Shown here one piece after another: positions 1 through 6,817 of a DNA stretch of 47,302 bases (the first letter of the stretch is position 1; each line of letters starts with the position of its first letter). Where the stretch lies: positions 1-47,302 of the IMG/VR virus record IMGVR_UViG_3300045988_075983. One strand, written 5' to 3'. The DNA is from a virus. The notes under the pieces are model-generated. The model made no database searches, had not been told where the DNA came from, and saw nothing but the letters and a program-made list of their open reading frames with translations. The position numbers and the translations under genes were made by a program.

Positions 1-55
1 ACGGCTTTCCAGACGCTCACAGAAGCGCACAGTGCAGAGGTAACAGCAAAGACGG
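1..55. repeat. Terminal direct overlap. Bases 1-55 are identical to 47248-47302, which closes a circular or circularly permuted genome.
   Basis: Read directly: acggctttccagacgctcacagaagcgcacagtgcagaggtaacagcaaagacgg occurs at both ends. Confidence 0.95.
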
Positions 56-275
56 TGAAGCAGATGTTGCCGGAACTCCGGGCATACACGTTGAAGTCAA
101 GCGTGTAGAAAAGTTGAACTTGGAGAACGCAATGCAGCAGTCAATCAGGGACAGCGAATTGCAGAAAGATGGAATCCCGGTTGTGATTCATCGCAAGAAT
201 GGAGCTGAATGGCTGGTTACAATGAGATTTTCGGATTGGGTTGAGTGGTATAAACATGAATATTCAGAACAATGA
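1..275 (+). CDS. 3' part of the junction-spanning gene: Hjc-type Holliday junction resolvase-like PD-(D/E)XK nuclease. It starts at 47145 and is about 125 aa once the overlap is collapsed.
   Basis: The frame is open from base 3 to TGA 273-275. The joined product reads ..GKVGEREVAHLFIDNGF..GEADVAG..IHVEVKRVEK.., with the E / D / E-x-K spacing of Hjc-like resolvases. Confidence 0.6.
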   Translation, partial: GFPDAHRSAQCRGNSKDGEADVAGTPGIHVEVKRVEKLNLENAMQQSIRDSELQKDGIPVVIHRKNGAEWLVTMRFSDWVEWYKHEYSEQ

Positions 276-888
276 AGAACGCAAGTGCGGTTACTGCGGC
301 ACTTCGTATAGTCATATTATCTCACGAGGGAAAATCATTCAACCGGCGTGGTATCGTGACAAAAATTATGGATGGCTGTGCCGAACTTGCGAAAACAGAA
401 AAGCAAAAACTGGCTCTGTTATTCCGTTGAGATACAAAAAGATTTCAGCTAAGTCAAAGTTAATGCAGGAAGCGAATATGGCTCTGTGCGGTACATGCTG
501 GACTTGCAAGGATGTTGAAATTCAATTCAATCATTGCAGGAAGAAGGGCGAAGTTGAGCTAGACAATTACACGCTTGTTTGCAAAGAGTGTGGTCGCAAA
601 GTCATCTGGAAAAAACCAATCAAAGAGTTTTTGACTGCAAATATGATTCCGTGTGACTGCGAAATCGCTAAGTTCACTTGTGTAAACGAAAATCGAGCGA
701 ATCGTACAAATTTTGTGGCAGGTCAGGCAACAATTCTAAAGGCAATCGCAGAGAATCCGAGTAAGAATTACTCTGAAATCGCAAAAATGTGTGGCGTGTC
801 TCGGCAGAGGGTTTCGCAGATTAGAGAGAGCGCAAGAGCATACTACGAGAAGAAGGTGATGAAGAATGGGCAGACCCAAGGGCAGTAA
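256..888 (+). CDS. Cys-rich multi-zinc-ribbon protein with a C-terminal sigma region-4-like HTH
   Basis: ATG 256 lies inside ORF 241..888. There are several CxxC pairs (CGYCG, CRTCE, CGTCWTC, CKECG). The C-terminus NYSEIAKMCGVSRQRVSQIRESA looks like an HTH. Confidence 0.6.
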   Translation: MNIQNNEERKCGYCGTSYSHIISRGKIIQPAWYRDKNYGWLCRTCENRKAKTGSVIPLRYKKISAKSKLMQEANMALCGTCWTCKDVEIQFNHCRKKGEVELDNYTLVCKECGRKVIWKKPIKEFLTANMIPCDCEIAKFTCVNENRANRTNFVAGQATILKAIAENPSKNYSEIAKMCGVSRQRVSQIRESARAYYEKKVMKNGQTQGQ

Positions 889-1531
889 AAACAAAACTCC
901 CGTGCGTACATACAGGGATGAAAACAATAACTTGGTGTTAGCAAGTGAGCCTTTCGTGCCGAGTGAGAGATTTAAGCAAGGTGAACCACCGCCGCCGCCC
1001 TGCGAGGACAAGGGAAACATCAGAGCGTTGCTTCAAGGGCTGTCAATCACACTGAAAAGCCCGGATAAGGTAACAGCTCAAAAGGTTCTTGACTGGGAAA
1101 TCAGCTATCTAAATTATATTTACGACAGCGATGTCTACTTGATTCCTGATTATCTCGGCTGGTGCAGTTTTGTTGGCATAACTCGCAGACAGATGGATTA
1201 CATCCAGTCTACAAAGATGCGCAAGGAATCAGTCATTGACGGAAACGGAGAGGAAATCTTTGCTTCTGCATCTGAACTGGTTCAAAAGGCAAAAGACGAC
1301 TTCATGGCTATTAAATCGCAGTTAGGATTGAGCGGGAAGATGCCGCCGCTTCTTTATGTTGGCATGATGAACAATGGCGGTGGCTGGTCTCCGAAACAGG
1401 AAATTCAAATTTCCACAACGAACAATCCTGTCGCAACTGCAAGCAATGCCGAGCTTGACAAAATCCTCGCAGACTATGAGCCAGACAAAAACAGCAAAAC
1501 TATTGATGGAAATTTTCAAGAAATCACTTGA
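866..1531 (+). CDS. terS: Small terminase subunit candidate (gp3-type DNA-packaging protein-like)
   Basis: RBS aaggtga. N-terminal GRPKGSKNK, central WCSFVGITRRQMDYI HTH-like segment, and C-terminal GKMPPLLYVGMMNNGGGWSPKQE resembling gp3-type TerS tails. This is a remembered pattern, not a search result. Confidence 0.45.
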   Translation: MGRPKGSKNKTPVRTYRDENNNLVLASEPFVPSERFKQGEPPPPPCEDKGNIRALLQGLSITLKSPDKVTAQKVLDWEISYLNYIYDSDVYLIPDYLGWCSFVGITRRQMDYIQSTKMRKESVIDGNGEEIFASASELVQKAKDDFMAIKSQLGLSGKMPPLLYVGMMNNGGGWSPKQEIQISTTNNPVATASNAELDKILADYEPDKNSKTIDGNFQEIT

Positions 1532-1556
1532 CAAGCAGAATGTAATGTGATATAGT
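1528..1556 (+). promoter_or_regulatory. Sigma-70/SigA-type promoter
   Basis: TTGACA (1528-1533), 17 nt, TATAGT (1551-1556), with TGa immediately upstream of the -10. Confidence 0.6.
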
Positions 1557-1630
1557 AAAGACACAGCAGGAAACAAGAAAAGCGCTTGAAAGTCTAATCG
1601 CTGTGATGAATACATAAAGGAGAATGTATT

Positions 1631-2134
1631 ATGAACTTCAAGGAATTTAGCAATGCTTTTTCGGAGTATTTCGACGATAATGGCAGTAACCGTAAACTTA
1701 TTGCCTACATCGAAGATGGAGATTCCAACAACGTGCTTCTCGCAACGCGCTGCACGCAAGAGGAAGCAATGCAGATGATTTTCGTCATCGCCCGCAAGTG
1801 CGACATCACGCTCAAAGAACTGGCGTATACGTGCATCGCAATCGACAGCGACAAAAACGCAAGCAAGGCGCTTGATGGCCTCGTCAAGGAGAGCAACAAA
1901 CAGGAGCGGCTCAAGAAGGCAATCGCAAGCGTTGAGAAAGCAAAGGCTGCAACAAGCGTCGGGAAAGCGGATATTGCGCTCGATACGTCTGGTAATCCTG
2001 ACCGCAATGCTGATAAAAACAACGATGAATCGCAGAAGTCACCGAGAGATGGCGAAGGCGATTTTGACAAGGACGAAATCGCAGATGTAATCAGCGCCGT
2101 CCTGATGGATGTGCTTAAATCGCTGGATGACTAA
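1631..2134 (+). CDS. Hypothetical protein with an acidic C-terminus
   Basis: ORF with RBS aaaggag about 8 nt upstream. No domain recognised. Confidence 0.6.
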   Translation: MNFKEFSNAFSEYFDDNGSNRKLIAYIEDGDSNNVLLATRCTQEEAMQMIFVIARKCDITLKELAYTCIAIDSDKNASKALDGLVKESNKQERLKKAIASVEKAKAATSVGKADIALDTSGNPDRNADKNNDESQKSPRDGEGDFDKDEIADVISAVLMDVLKSLDD

Positions 2135-2197
2135 TCGCTAAATCGCAATTAAGCAATCGCTAATCGCTAATCGCTAAAAGTCAAATCGCTAATCGCT
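2118..2197. repeat. Iteron cluster: eight copies of AATCGCT (one variant, AATCGCA), including a triple and a double tandem
   Basis: Copies at 2118, 2133, 2141 (variant), 2155, 2162, 2169, 2184 and 2191. The cluster straddles the stop codon of the 1631..2134 gene. Confidence 0.85.
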
Positions 2198-2202
2198 ATA
2201 TA

Positions 2203-2239
2203 GCCCCACTGACCGGGAGACCGGCTGGCGGGGCTTTTT
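2203..2239 (+). terminator. Rho-independent terminator candidate
   Basis: Imperfect 14-position stem gccccactgaccgg / ccggctggcggggc with loop gaga, followed by TTTTT. Confidence 0.55.
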
Positions 2240-2446
2240 CTGTCCGGTGGCGCTCCCCTGCCCTGCCGCGCTGCCGCCCAGGTGATTTTCCCGTCAAAAA
2301 ATCATTGAATCAATCAAAAACGCAGTCAATCAATGCAAAACAAAGTATATATAATATATAATATATGCTACATCTAACAATATGCCGCCACACGGTAGGG
2401 GAGAGAATAGTGCATATTTGCGAGACAAATGTCCATAAAAAAGTTG

Positions 2447-2475
2447 TTGACAAAATTGCCAAACGGCGATATACT
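2447..2475 (+). promoter_or_regulatory. Sigma-70/SigA-type promoter
   Basis: TTGACA (2447-2452), 17 nt, TATACT (2470-2475). Confidence 0.6.
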
Positions 2476-2536
2476 TAGGGTGTTCCAAGCGGAACGACAC
2501 ACAACACACACAACACACACCAAAGGGAGAGCAACT

Positions 2537-3799
2537 ATGGAAAGCATTATTTACAGAAACAAGAGAAACACTTATAGCGTTGACAACAGCGTTATCAAGG
2601 CGGCAGTCAACGAGGGCAAACCTGCGAGCGCTTATGTCGAGCGCATTATGTGCAGCCGTGACGGCAGACTTTTCGAGAAAGTTCCCAACGAACCGCGCTA
2701 TACTTGCAATGGCGAGGTCATTGAGCGCGGGGTAAAAGAGGATTTGAAAGTCTGCATTAAAAATCTGAATGAGGCTATTGCCGAGTATGCAGACGAGCAC
2801 GGCGCAGCGCGTAAAGAGCGCAACGAGGACGCGCACAAACCGCAACCAGCCGGAGCAATGCCCACAGCGCAAGCGGCAGACTTCACGGCGGCGGGTGCAG
2901 CGCTGGCGATGCTGGCGCAGATTAAAGAAGAACAGGTTTTTAACAAAGTCTGCGCCGACCTTGACGCTTTTATCTTTGAGAAATACGGCAAACTGCCGCA
3001 AAAGGAAATTGTGGTGAAGCTGCCTGACGGCAGTAAAAAGAGCGCTGGCGGCATCCAGCACGAGAAATTTGAGACTATCCTCAAATACTTGACTGCTGAT
3101 GTTCCGGTATTCATGAGTGGCGCGGCGGGCACTGGCAAGAGCAGCATTGCAAAAAATGCCGCTAAAGCGTTGAATCTTGACTTCTACTTCTCCGGTGCGG
3201 TAAATGATATTTACAAATTTACCGGATTCATCGACGCTAACGGAAACTACAGCAAAACGCAGTTTTATGACTTCTGTGTCAATGGTGGCGTGTTCTTCCT
3301 GGACGAGATGGACGCGAGCATTCCAGAGGTTCTTGTGGCGCTTAACGCTGCGATTGCAAACCGCTATTTTGACTTCCCTTGTGGTAAAGTCGAGTTAAAC
3401 GAAAATTGCCGCTTTATCTGCGCAGGTAACACCTACGGAAACGGCGCTGATGCGCAGTATACTGGACGTTACCAGCTGGACGCGGCGACGCTTGACCGCT
3501 TTGCAGTGGTGGAAATTGATTATAGCGACGAGATTTTCAACGCTGTAACGAACGGAAACAAAGACCTGATTAACTTCATCCGTAGTTTGCGGAGAGCTGC
3601 ACAGAACGTCGGTGCAAACTTGATTCTTAGCTACCGTGCCGCCCAGAACGTGACCGCGATGGAGAGCGTCGGGCTATCTACTGCCGATTGTGTAAAACAG
3701 TGCATTGCCAAGGGATTGAGCAAAGACACTGCGCACATGATTGCGGAGCGGCTGAACGGTTCGGACAAGTATACGGCAGCGTGGAAGGAGCTTTTCTAA
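2537..3799 (+). CDS. AAA+ ATPase (MoxR/CbbQ/CobS-like) with an N-terminal extension of about 200 aa
   Basis: Walker A GAAGTGKS and Walker B VFFLDEMD. I moved the start to ATG 2537 (RBS aagggagag) because the ORF-track start at 2429 lies upstream of the 2447-2475 promoter. Confidence 0.8.
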   Translation: MESIIYRNKRNTYSVDNSVIKAAVNEGKPASAYVERIMCSRDGRLFEKVPNEPRYTCNGEVIERGVKEDLKVCIKNLNEAIAEYADEHGAARKERNEDAHKPQPAGAMPTAQAADFTAAGAALAMLAQIKEEQVFNKVCADLDAFIFEKYGKLPQKEIVVKLPDGSKKSAGGIQHEKFETILKYLTADVPVFMSGAAGTGKSSIAKNAAKALNLDFYFSGAVNDIYKFTGFIDANGNYSKTQFYDFCVNGGVFFLDEMDASIPEVLVALNAAIANRYFDFPCGKVELNENCRFICAGNTYGNGADAQYTGRYQLDAATLDRFAVVEIDYSDEIFNAVTNGNKDLINFIRSLRRAAQNVGANLILSYRAAQNVTAMESVGLSTADCVKQCIAKGLSKDTAHMIAERLNGSDKYTAAWKELF

Positions 3800-3801
3800 C
3801 T

Positions 3802-4680
3802 ATGATTTACGCGCAAAAATTTGAGACGATGGACAGCTTTTTCAAGTTTATTACCACCGCGCAGAATAACAAAGTTTTTGCAGATGAGCACGACAGTGAC
3901 ACAAACTCTGAAAATTTTGCTGGCACGAAAAACTTTTCTGAAGCTGCGGAGCTTTTCCGCAACGGATGGGACGCAGGGCTGGAAAAAATCAAGGCAGGGA
4001 AGGGGGGAGACTTTTCAAGCCCAGCGCCGCGGGCGCTTGTGCGCAACTACTATGTAGGAGCGTGCCCAAACGTTCCTAGAGCTTTACAGGGCTTGCCTGA
4101 TGCGATGCGGCAGGTTTACCGCACGCCACAGAAACAGAAAGTTATGACGATTTTCGTCGATATGTGTGTATCTGGCATGATGGATAAAGAAAAATATCAA
4201 AAAATCGGCGGCTATATCTATCAAGCAATCAAGGCAATAGAGGAGCAGGGGACGCGCGTCGAGATTATCACGGGCTTTGCCGACAGTATCAGCCAGAACA
4301 GGAGCGCAGCAGAAGAATTGATTATATGCCCAGAAATCACGCTGAAAAAAGCAAGTGAGACGCTGGACGCAGGGCGGCTATCCTTTGCGCTTGTTCATGT
4401 AGGGATGTTCCGCCGCTTGTGTTTCAAGTATATTGAAACTTGCCCTTGTGAGTTGCTGAACGGCAGCAGGGCAGGGGACTACAGCCCGAGCGGATATGGT
4501 ATTGTGGCGATGGCAGACAAAGAGATTGCCGCAAAGTTTAAGAAGTACATGAAAAAGACGCACGAAAACGCGGTAGTGCTTTACATGAGCAAGCTTGCAC
4601 AGAACATAGAAATTACAAGCGGCGAAAAGCTGCTTGAACTTATTAAATCCGAGTTGAAGGGGAGCGCAAACAATGACTGA
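3802..4680 (+). CDS. Hypothetical protein translationally coupled to the AAA+ ATPase (possible partner subunit)
   Basis: ATG 3802 lies 2 nt after the ATPase stop. The N-terminal motif is FAGTKNFSEAAELFRNGWDAG. I could not verify a vWA/MIDAS motif. Confidence 0.65.
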   Translation: MIYAQKFETMDSFFKFITTAQNNKVFADEHDSDTNSENFAGTKNFSEAAELFRNGWDAGLEKIKAGKGGDFSSPAPRALVRNYYVGACPNVPRALQGLPDAMRQVYRTPQKQKVMTIFVDMCVSGMMDKEKYQKIGGYIYQAIKAIEEQGTRVEIITGFADSISQNRSAAEELIICPEITLKKASETLDAGRLSFALVHVGMFRRLCFKYIETCPCELLNGSRAGDYSPSGYGIVAMADKEIAAKFKKYMKKTHENAVVLYMSKLAQNIEITSGEKLLELIKSELKGSANND

Positions 4681-4951
4681 ACAGGAAATTATCCGAGCGG
4701 CGACAGAGTACAAGAAGAATAAGCGCCAGATTGAAGCGCTTGAGAAAGCAAATGAGCGCATTAAAGCCCTTTTGGTTGACGAGTTGAAAGAGAGGGGAGG
4801 GGGTTCCCCGCTTGTGGCAGGGCAGTATAAAATCAGCGAAAGCAGTGTAAAGCAGCAGAGGATTAACGCGGAGAGACTGCGGCAGGAGCTGCCAAGTGTG
4901 TGGGCGGGTTTTGTGGTGGTCTCCACCTACAAAAGATTGAACATCAACTAG
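4673..4951 (+). CDS. Hypothetical protein
   Basis: The ATG overlaps the upstream stop (caATGacTGA). 92-aa ORF. Confidence 0.6.
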   Translation: MTEQEIIRAATEYKKNKRQIEALEKANERIKALLVDELKERGGGSPLVAGQYKISESSVKQQRINAERLRQELPSVWAGFVVVSTYKRLNIN

Positions 4952-4963
4952 GGGGTGAGCAAC

Positions 4964-5062
4964 ATGGTTCTGTTTTTCACCTTGCTGATTTTATTTGACA
5001 GATGGGCAGACCCGCCTGCGGCACGGAGAGCGAGACGTAACCGGCGAGGGCGATATATGTAA
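4964..5062 (+). CDS. Possible 32-aa peptide with a hydrophobic N-terminus and an Arg-rich tail
   Basis: RBS gggggtga 5 nt upstream of ATG 4964. Sequence: MVLFFTLLILFDRWADPPAARRARRNRRGRYM. Confidence 0.3.
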   Translation: MVLFFTLLILFDRWADPPAARRARRNRRGRYM

Positions 5063-5097
5063 ATCAAAACTTAAATCAGAGTAAAGGAGCAACAGCA

Positions 5098-5331
5098 ATG
5101 AACTACCAACAGACAGCGAGAGAGCTTGACGCGATTGACGAGCGCAGCGAAGAAATAAGCGAGAGACTGGACGAGATTGAGGAAGAACTCGAATACGCGG
5201 AGCAGGGGACGGAGCGCGTATACGAGCTACTCGACGAGAAAGAGGGACTCGAACAGGAGCGGGAGGAACTCGAACAGCGCAAGTCTGAATTAACGACAGA
5301 CGGCTTTACAAGATGGGATAATGGATTTTAA
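5098..5331 (+). CDS. Small, strongly acidic coiled-coil protein
   Basis: RBS aaaggag. By my count 27 of 77 residues are D or E and 9 are K or R. Confidence 0.65.
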   Translation: MNYQQTARELDAIDERSEEISERLDEIEEELEYAEQGTERVYELLDEKEGLEQEREELEQRKSELTTDGFTRWDNGF

Positions 5332-5352
5332 GCAGGGAAGGGGAGTAGAAAA

Positions 5353-5421
5353 ATGTTTGGTTTTATCGGAGCGGCGCTTGCTGGCGCGGTCATCGGTTGC
5401 GTTTTAATTCTGACGGACTGA
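5353..5421 (+). CDS. Possible 22-aa hydrophobic peptide
   Basis: RBS aggggag upstream. Sequence: MFGFIGAALAGAVIGCVLILTD. Confidence 0.25.
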   Translation: MFGFIGAALAGAVIGCVLILTD

Positions 5422-5437
5422 AAAGAAAGACGTGGAA

Positions 5438-5626
5438 ATGAGTATCCAATATATGCCGACCTTCAGCAGCGAGAAAGAATTTAACGAGTATTTCAAGCGT
5501 GAGAATGAATTGTGCGACAAATACGCGGGAGACGATGGAGCGCTGCATTTTGAGAGTGATGCTGATTTTGAAAATTTAATTAAGCAGTTAATGCCAGAAT
5601 ATCAGCATAGTTTCATCTACGAGTAA
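5438..5626 (+). CDS. Hypothetical protein
   Basis: ATG 5438 lies inside ORF 5432..5626. The RBS is weak. Confidence 0.5.
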   Translation: MSIQYMPTFSSEKEFNEYFKRENELCDKYAGDDGALHFESDADFENLIKQLMPEYQHSFIYE

Positions 5627-5653
5627 ATCCTTTTGGTGTGTGTGAATATAGAA

Positions 5654-5696
5654 CAGGGCAGGGGAGAGTGCAGCAGCTTGAACCTGCCTTGCTTTT
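5654..5696 (+). terminator. Terminator-like hairpin
   Basis: 9-bp stem cagggcagg / cctgccttg with a 20-nt loop, followed by cTTTT. Confidence 0.4.
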
Positions 5697-5730
5697 GTCA
5701 TCGTATAGGCAGCAGGGGAGGGGAGTGGTC

Positions 5731-5768
5731 AATCGTCAATCGTATATAGGCAATCGTATCGTATCGTA
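5731..5768. repeat. Iteron cluster of AATCGT / ATCGT units
   Basis: The sequence reads aatcgtcaatcgtatataggcaatcgtatcgtatcgta. The core is related to the AATCGCT iterons at 2118-2197. Confidence 0.8.
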
Positions 5769-5895
5769 TATATAATATATATAAAGCCGACTGGAAAGCC
5801 CAGCCCAGCCAGCGGCTCAGCCCAGCTCTGACCGAGTCATCCCGGCAGCGATGGGGTAGGGGAGTTGTTGATTCTATATGAATGTGATGGATTGT

Positions 5896-5955
5896 ATTAT
5901 AATAATATTGATTATATATAATTATAATAATACTATAAATGGGATTATAATAATA
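5896..5955. repeat. Three exact copies of ATTATAATAATA in an AT-rich block
   Basis: Copies at 5896-5907, 5921-5932 and 5944-5955. The last sits inside the inverted repeat GGATTAT-AATA-ATAATCC. Confidence 0.85.
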
Positions 5956-6043
5956 ATCCATAATTATGAGATATAAATCCATGTTATATAACTATGTGTT
6001 ATGATAGAATATAGATACTTTGATAGATAAGGAGACGCAAGGC

Positions 6044-6253
6044 ATGGACATTATACAAAAGCACACCGCCTGGTTTTTCGGCACAATGCAGCATAACATC
6101 CGCCGCAGTGGCAAGGTAATTTACACCGCGCGCGGAGTTGCTAACTCCGATTTAGGGCTGTATGCCAACGGGCGGCAGGTGCAGCGCACCACTAACTACA
6201 GTGCGCAGCGCAAAAGCAACATGAAGTTACTTGACAGGGTTTTATACCGTTAA
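6044..6253 (+). CDS. Hypothetical small basic protein
   Basis: ATG 6044 with RBS aaggagacg, inside ORF 6020..6253. Confidence 0.55.
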   Translation: MDIIQKHTAWFFGTMQHNIRRSGKVIYTARGVANSDLGLYANGRQVQRTTNYSAQRKSNMKLLDRVLYR

Positions 6254-6301
6254 AATGACGGTATAACGATAAAAACATATAAACAAAAGGAGATTTTAAC
6301 T

Positions 6302-6700
6302 ATGACTTACACGGCACACGAAATTCACGGCGGATATTATGAGACTTACAAGCTAGTAGAAGTTAGCGCAAGGTTGCGTTATATGCCATACGCACAAGCC
6401 GGATGGAGGCGCGAGAATGATAACCGCTTTACGATGGTTAGCTATTCAAGCCGTATTTTTACGGCACAAGTAACCGCGTTCGGCGTGGAAGAAATCAGCG
6501 TGCGGAACGCGGACGCGGCTATAAATTACAGCCGAACAACTAGCCGCCAAGTGACCGCAGCAATGCGCGAAATAGGTTTGACCGATGCCGCTATTGCAAG
6601 GCTGAAAAAGTGGTTTACAAGCGATTCCAAACATGTGACAGCCGTTTACATTGGGCGCGGCGAGTGGGTGGACGCTTGCACCGGAGAGGTGTTAGCATGA
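6302..6700 (+). CDS. Hypothetical protein
   Basis: RBS aaaggag. 132-aa ORF. Confidence 0.65.
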   Translation: MTYTAHEIHGGYYETYKLVEVSARLRYMPYAQAGWRRENDNRFTMVSYSSRIFTAQVTAFGVEEISVRNADAAINYSRTTSRQVTAAMREIGLTDAAIARLKKWFTSDSKHVTAVYIGRGEWVDACTGEVLA

Positions 6701-6785
6701 TTTTAACACTGTTAGCGATGCGCCTTTTTCGGTGCTGGTTGAGTACTGGACACGGATACAGGGCAAAATAAATCAGAGTTAGCAA

Positions 6786-6817
6786 GGGGGCGTCCCGCGT
6801 GGGCGTCCTCTTTTTTT
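6786..6817 (+). terminator. Rho-independent terminator candidate
   Basis: A stem of about 10 bp (one bulge, two G-U pairs) around loop GCGT, followed by T7. Confidence 0.5.

Noticed and set aside
736-1020. Antisense or shadow ORFs opposite confident genes: 736-1020(-), 1322-1759(-), 1705-2070(-), 2330-3061(-), 2698-3147(-), 4378-4926(-), 19390-19929(-), 19933-20730(-), 23475-23954(-), 25423-26322(-), 28489-29253(-), 30033-30506(-), 35305-35982(-), 36726-37271(-), 43099-43494(-), 44131-44673(-), 46503-46952(-), 9710-10324(+), 7520-7897(+)
   Set aside because: Each lies entirely within, or mostly opposite, a gene that has motifs, an RBS and operon coupling. They lack RBSs and have odd composition (Cys/Arg/Ser-rich), as is typical of shadow frames.
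2118-2197. Possible CRISPR array
   Set aside because: The repeat unit is only 7 nt and there are no spacers. Nowhere in the window are there 24-40-nt direct repeats with regular unique spacers.
2429-2536. ORF-track 5' extensions of real genes: 2429 (AAA ATPase), 40004 (Cys-rich protein), 44165 (replication protein), 31036 (tail fibre), 3688, 42823, 41027
   Set aside because: The extensions run through mapped promoters or terminators (2447-2475, 40050-40078, 44477-44551) or overlap the preceding gene. Internal ATG or GTG codons with good RBSs fit better.
5698-5982. 94-aa minus-strand ORF in the AT-rich intergenic block
   Set aside because: The translation is low-complexity I/Y/N-rich and is produced by TA-repeat DNA. 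There is no RBS, and the ORF overlaps the iteron and 12-mer repeats.
6220-6262. Promoter-like TTGACA at about 6221 with TAAAAT or TATAAC downstream
   Set aside because: The spacing is 14 or 25 nt, not 16-18. The sequence instead forms an 8-bp hairpin (TATACCGT/ACGGTATA) over the stop codon of 6044-6253.
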